From Micrococcaceae bacterium (lineage in GTDB: Bacteria > Actinomycetota > Actinomycetes > Actinomycetales > Micrococcaceae), in the NCBI GenBank assembly GCA_047606545.1, contig JASGEI010000014.1, forward strand, positions 18,043-82,042: DNA of 64,000 bases, written 5' to 3'. Below the pieces are notes generated by a model. That model did not search any database. It was not told where the DNA came from and saw nothing but the letters and a program-made list of their open reading frames with translations. Position 1 is the first letter of the stretch. Each line of letters starts with the position of its first letter. Position numbers and translations under genes: made by a program. Of this stretch, positions 63,348 through 64,000 are shown piece by piece.

Positions 63348-64000
63348 TAGAATCCAACATAATATCAGCCACGGCTACTCCTTCAACAAACTCGGCTTTT
63401 GAATCCATCAAATACCATGGGTAAAGAACAAATGCTCGCTCATGTGCCCGTGGATGTGGCAACGTTAATTCATCGGTATCCATAGTTACATCGTCGTAAC
63501 GGATAATATCAATATCTAAAGTCCTAGCGCCCCAGCGCACTTCTCGAATCCGACCATGTAAATTTTCAATTTCATGAATAAACTCTAGTAAGTCTTCTGG
63601 CTCTAATGAGGTCTTAAATTCGGCAACCAAGTTTAGATAAGGAGGTTGTTGTGGTCCACCTATAGCCTCAGAGATTACGATTGGAGACACTCTAGCCAAT
63701 TTCATAAATGACGGCTCCGCTAACTCTTTGACCGCATCTTGCAAAGTCTCTTTACTACGTCCCAAATTAGAGCCAAGTGCCAAGATTACCTCATTCGTAA
63801 TCTCTACCGCACCAGTTTTATACTTTTCTTCTAAAGACTCTGGAACTGCGTCCGTACTTGTACTTAATTTGTTATATTCTCTGCGAATTGTAATTGCAAT
63901 ATCTTGGAATTTTGGCTTAATTGGGGCTTCTGGTTTATGAACTGTGACCTCTACAGCTTCTGGTGCAAAACGTTCCAAAATTAATTCAGCAATTTCTTCA
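63310..64000 (-). CDS. folK: Bifunctional dihydroneopterin aldolase / HPPK (FolB-FolK fusion), 5' end outside window
   Basis: The frame stays open to the window edge. ...EEIAELILERFAPEAVEVTVHKPEAPI is a FolB C-terminus. After a linker comes the HPPK domain (ILALGSNLG, RWGARTLDIDII, LPHPRAHERAFVL). Confidence 0.8.
   Translation of the reverse strand, partial: EEIAELILERFAPEAVEVTVHKPEAPIKPKFQDIAITIRREYNKLSTSTDAVPESLEEKYKTGAVEITNEVILALGSNLGRSKETLQDAVKELAEPSFMKLARVSPIVISEAIGGPQQPPYLNLVAEFKTSLEPEDLLEFIHEIENLHGRIREVRWGARTLDIDIIRYDDVTMDTDELTLPHPRAHERAFVLYPWYLMDSKAEFVEGVAVADIMLDSIGIDEIEVYRGE

Overview
The gene content and order point to a low-GC actinobacterium. About 70% of the window is the conserved transcription/translation gene array, all on the minus strand. 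From high to low coordinates it runs tRNA-Trp, secE, nusG, rplK, rplA, an insert, rplJ, rplL, rpoB, rpoC, a peptide permease, rpsL, rpsG, fusA, tuf, the S10/spc operons (rpsJ to rplO), secY, adk and map. The right third carries aspC, pfkA, hrpA, radA, disA, then clpC, lysS and a DUF2520, DUF3180, folB/folK block. That block follows the order I recall from Mycobacterium tuberculosis (clpC1, lsr2, lysS, coaX, panD, panC, then folK and folB), but lsr2, panC, panD and coaX are absent here. Several markedly AT-rich accessory segments interrupt this core. Sampled 60-nt lines are about 20-30% GC in these segments against about 45-52% in ribosomal genes. The segments are: (i) an OafA-like acyltransferase, a methyltransferase and a GT4 glycosyltransferase between rplJ and rplA; (ii) a tightly packed six-gene operon of zinc-ribbon and single-pass membrane proteins between disA and clpC, whose candidate promoter has a G9 tract in the -35/-10 spacer; (iii) a DUF559/AbiEi-like nuclease-fold gene bracketed by 61-bp inverted repeats between lysS and the DUF2520 gene; (iv) a Tat-signal RCC1-propeller/NlpC-P60 fusion protein and a second OafA paralog at the left edge. 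Segments (ii) and (iii) are the best candidates for something undescribed. No CRISPR array, rRNA gene or recognisable transposase or integrase was seen. All protein calls rest on motif and family recognition by eye; no database search was run.
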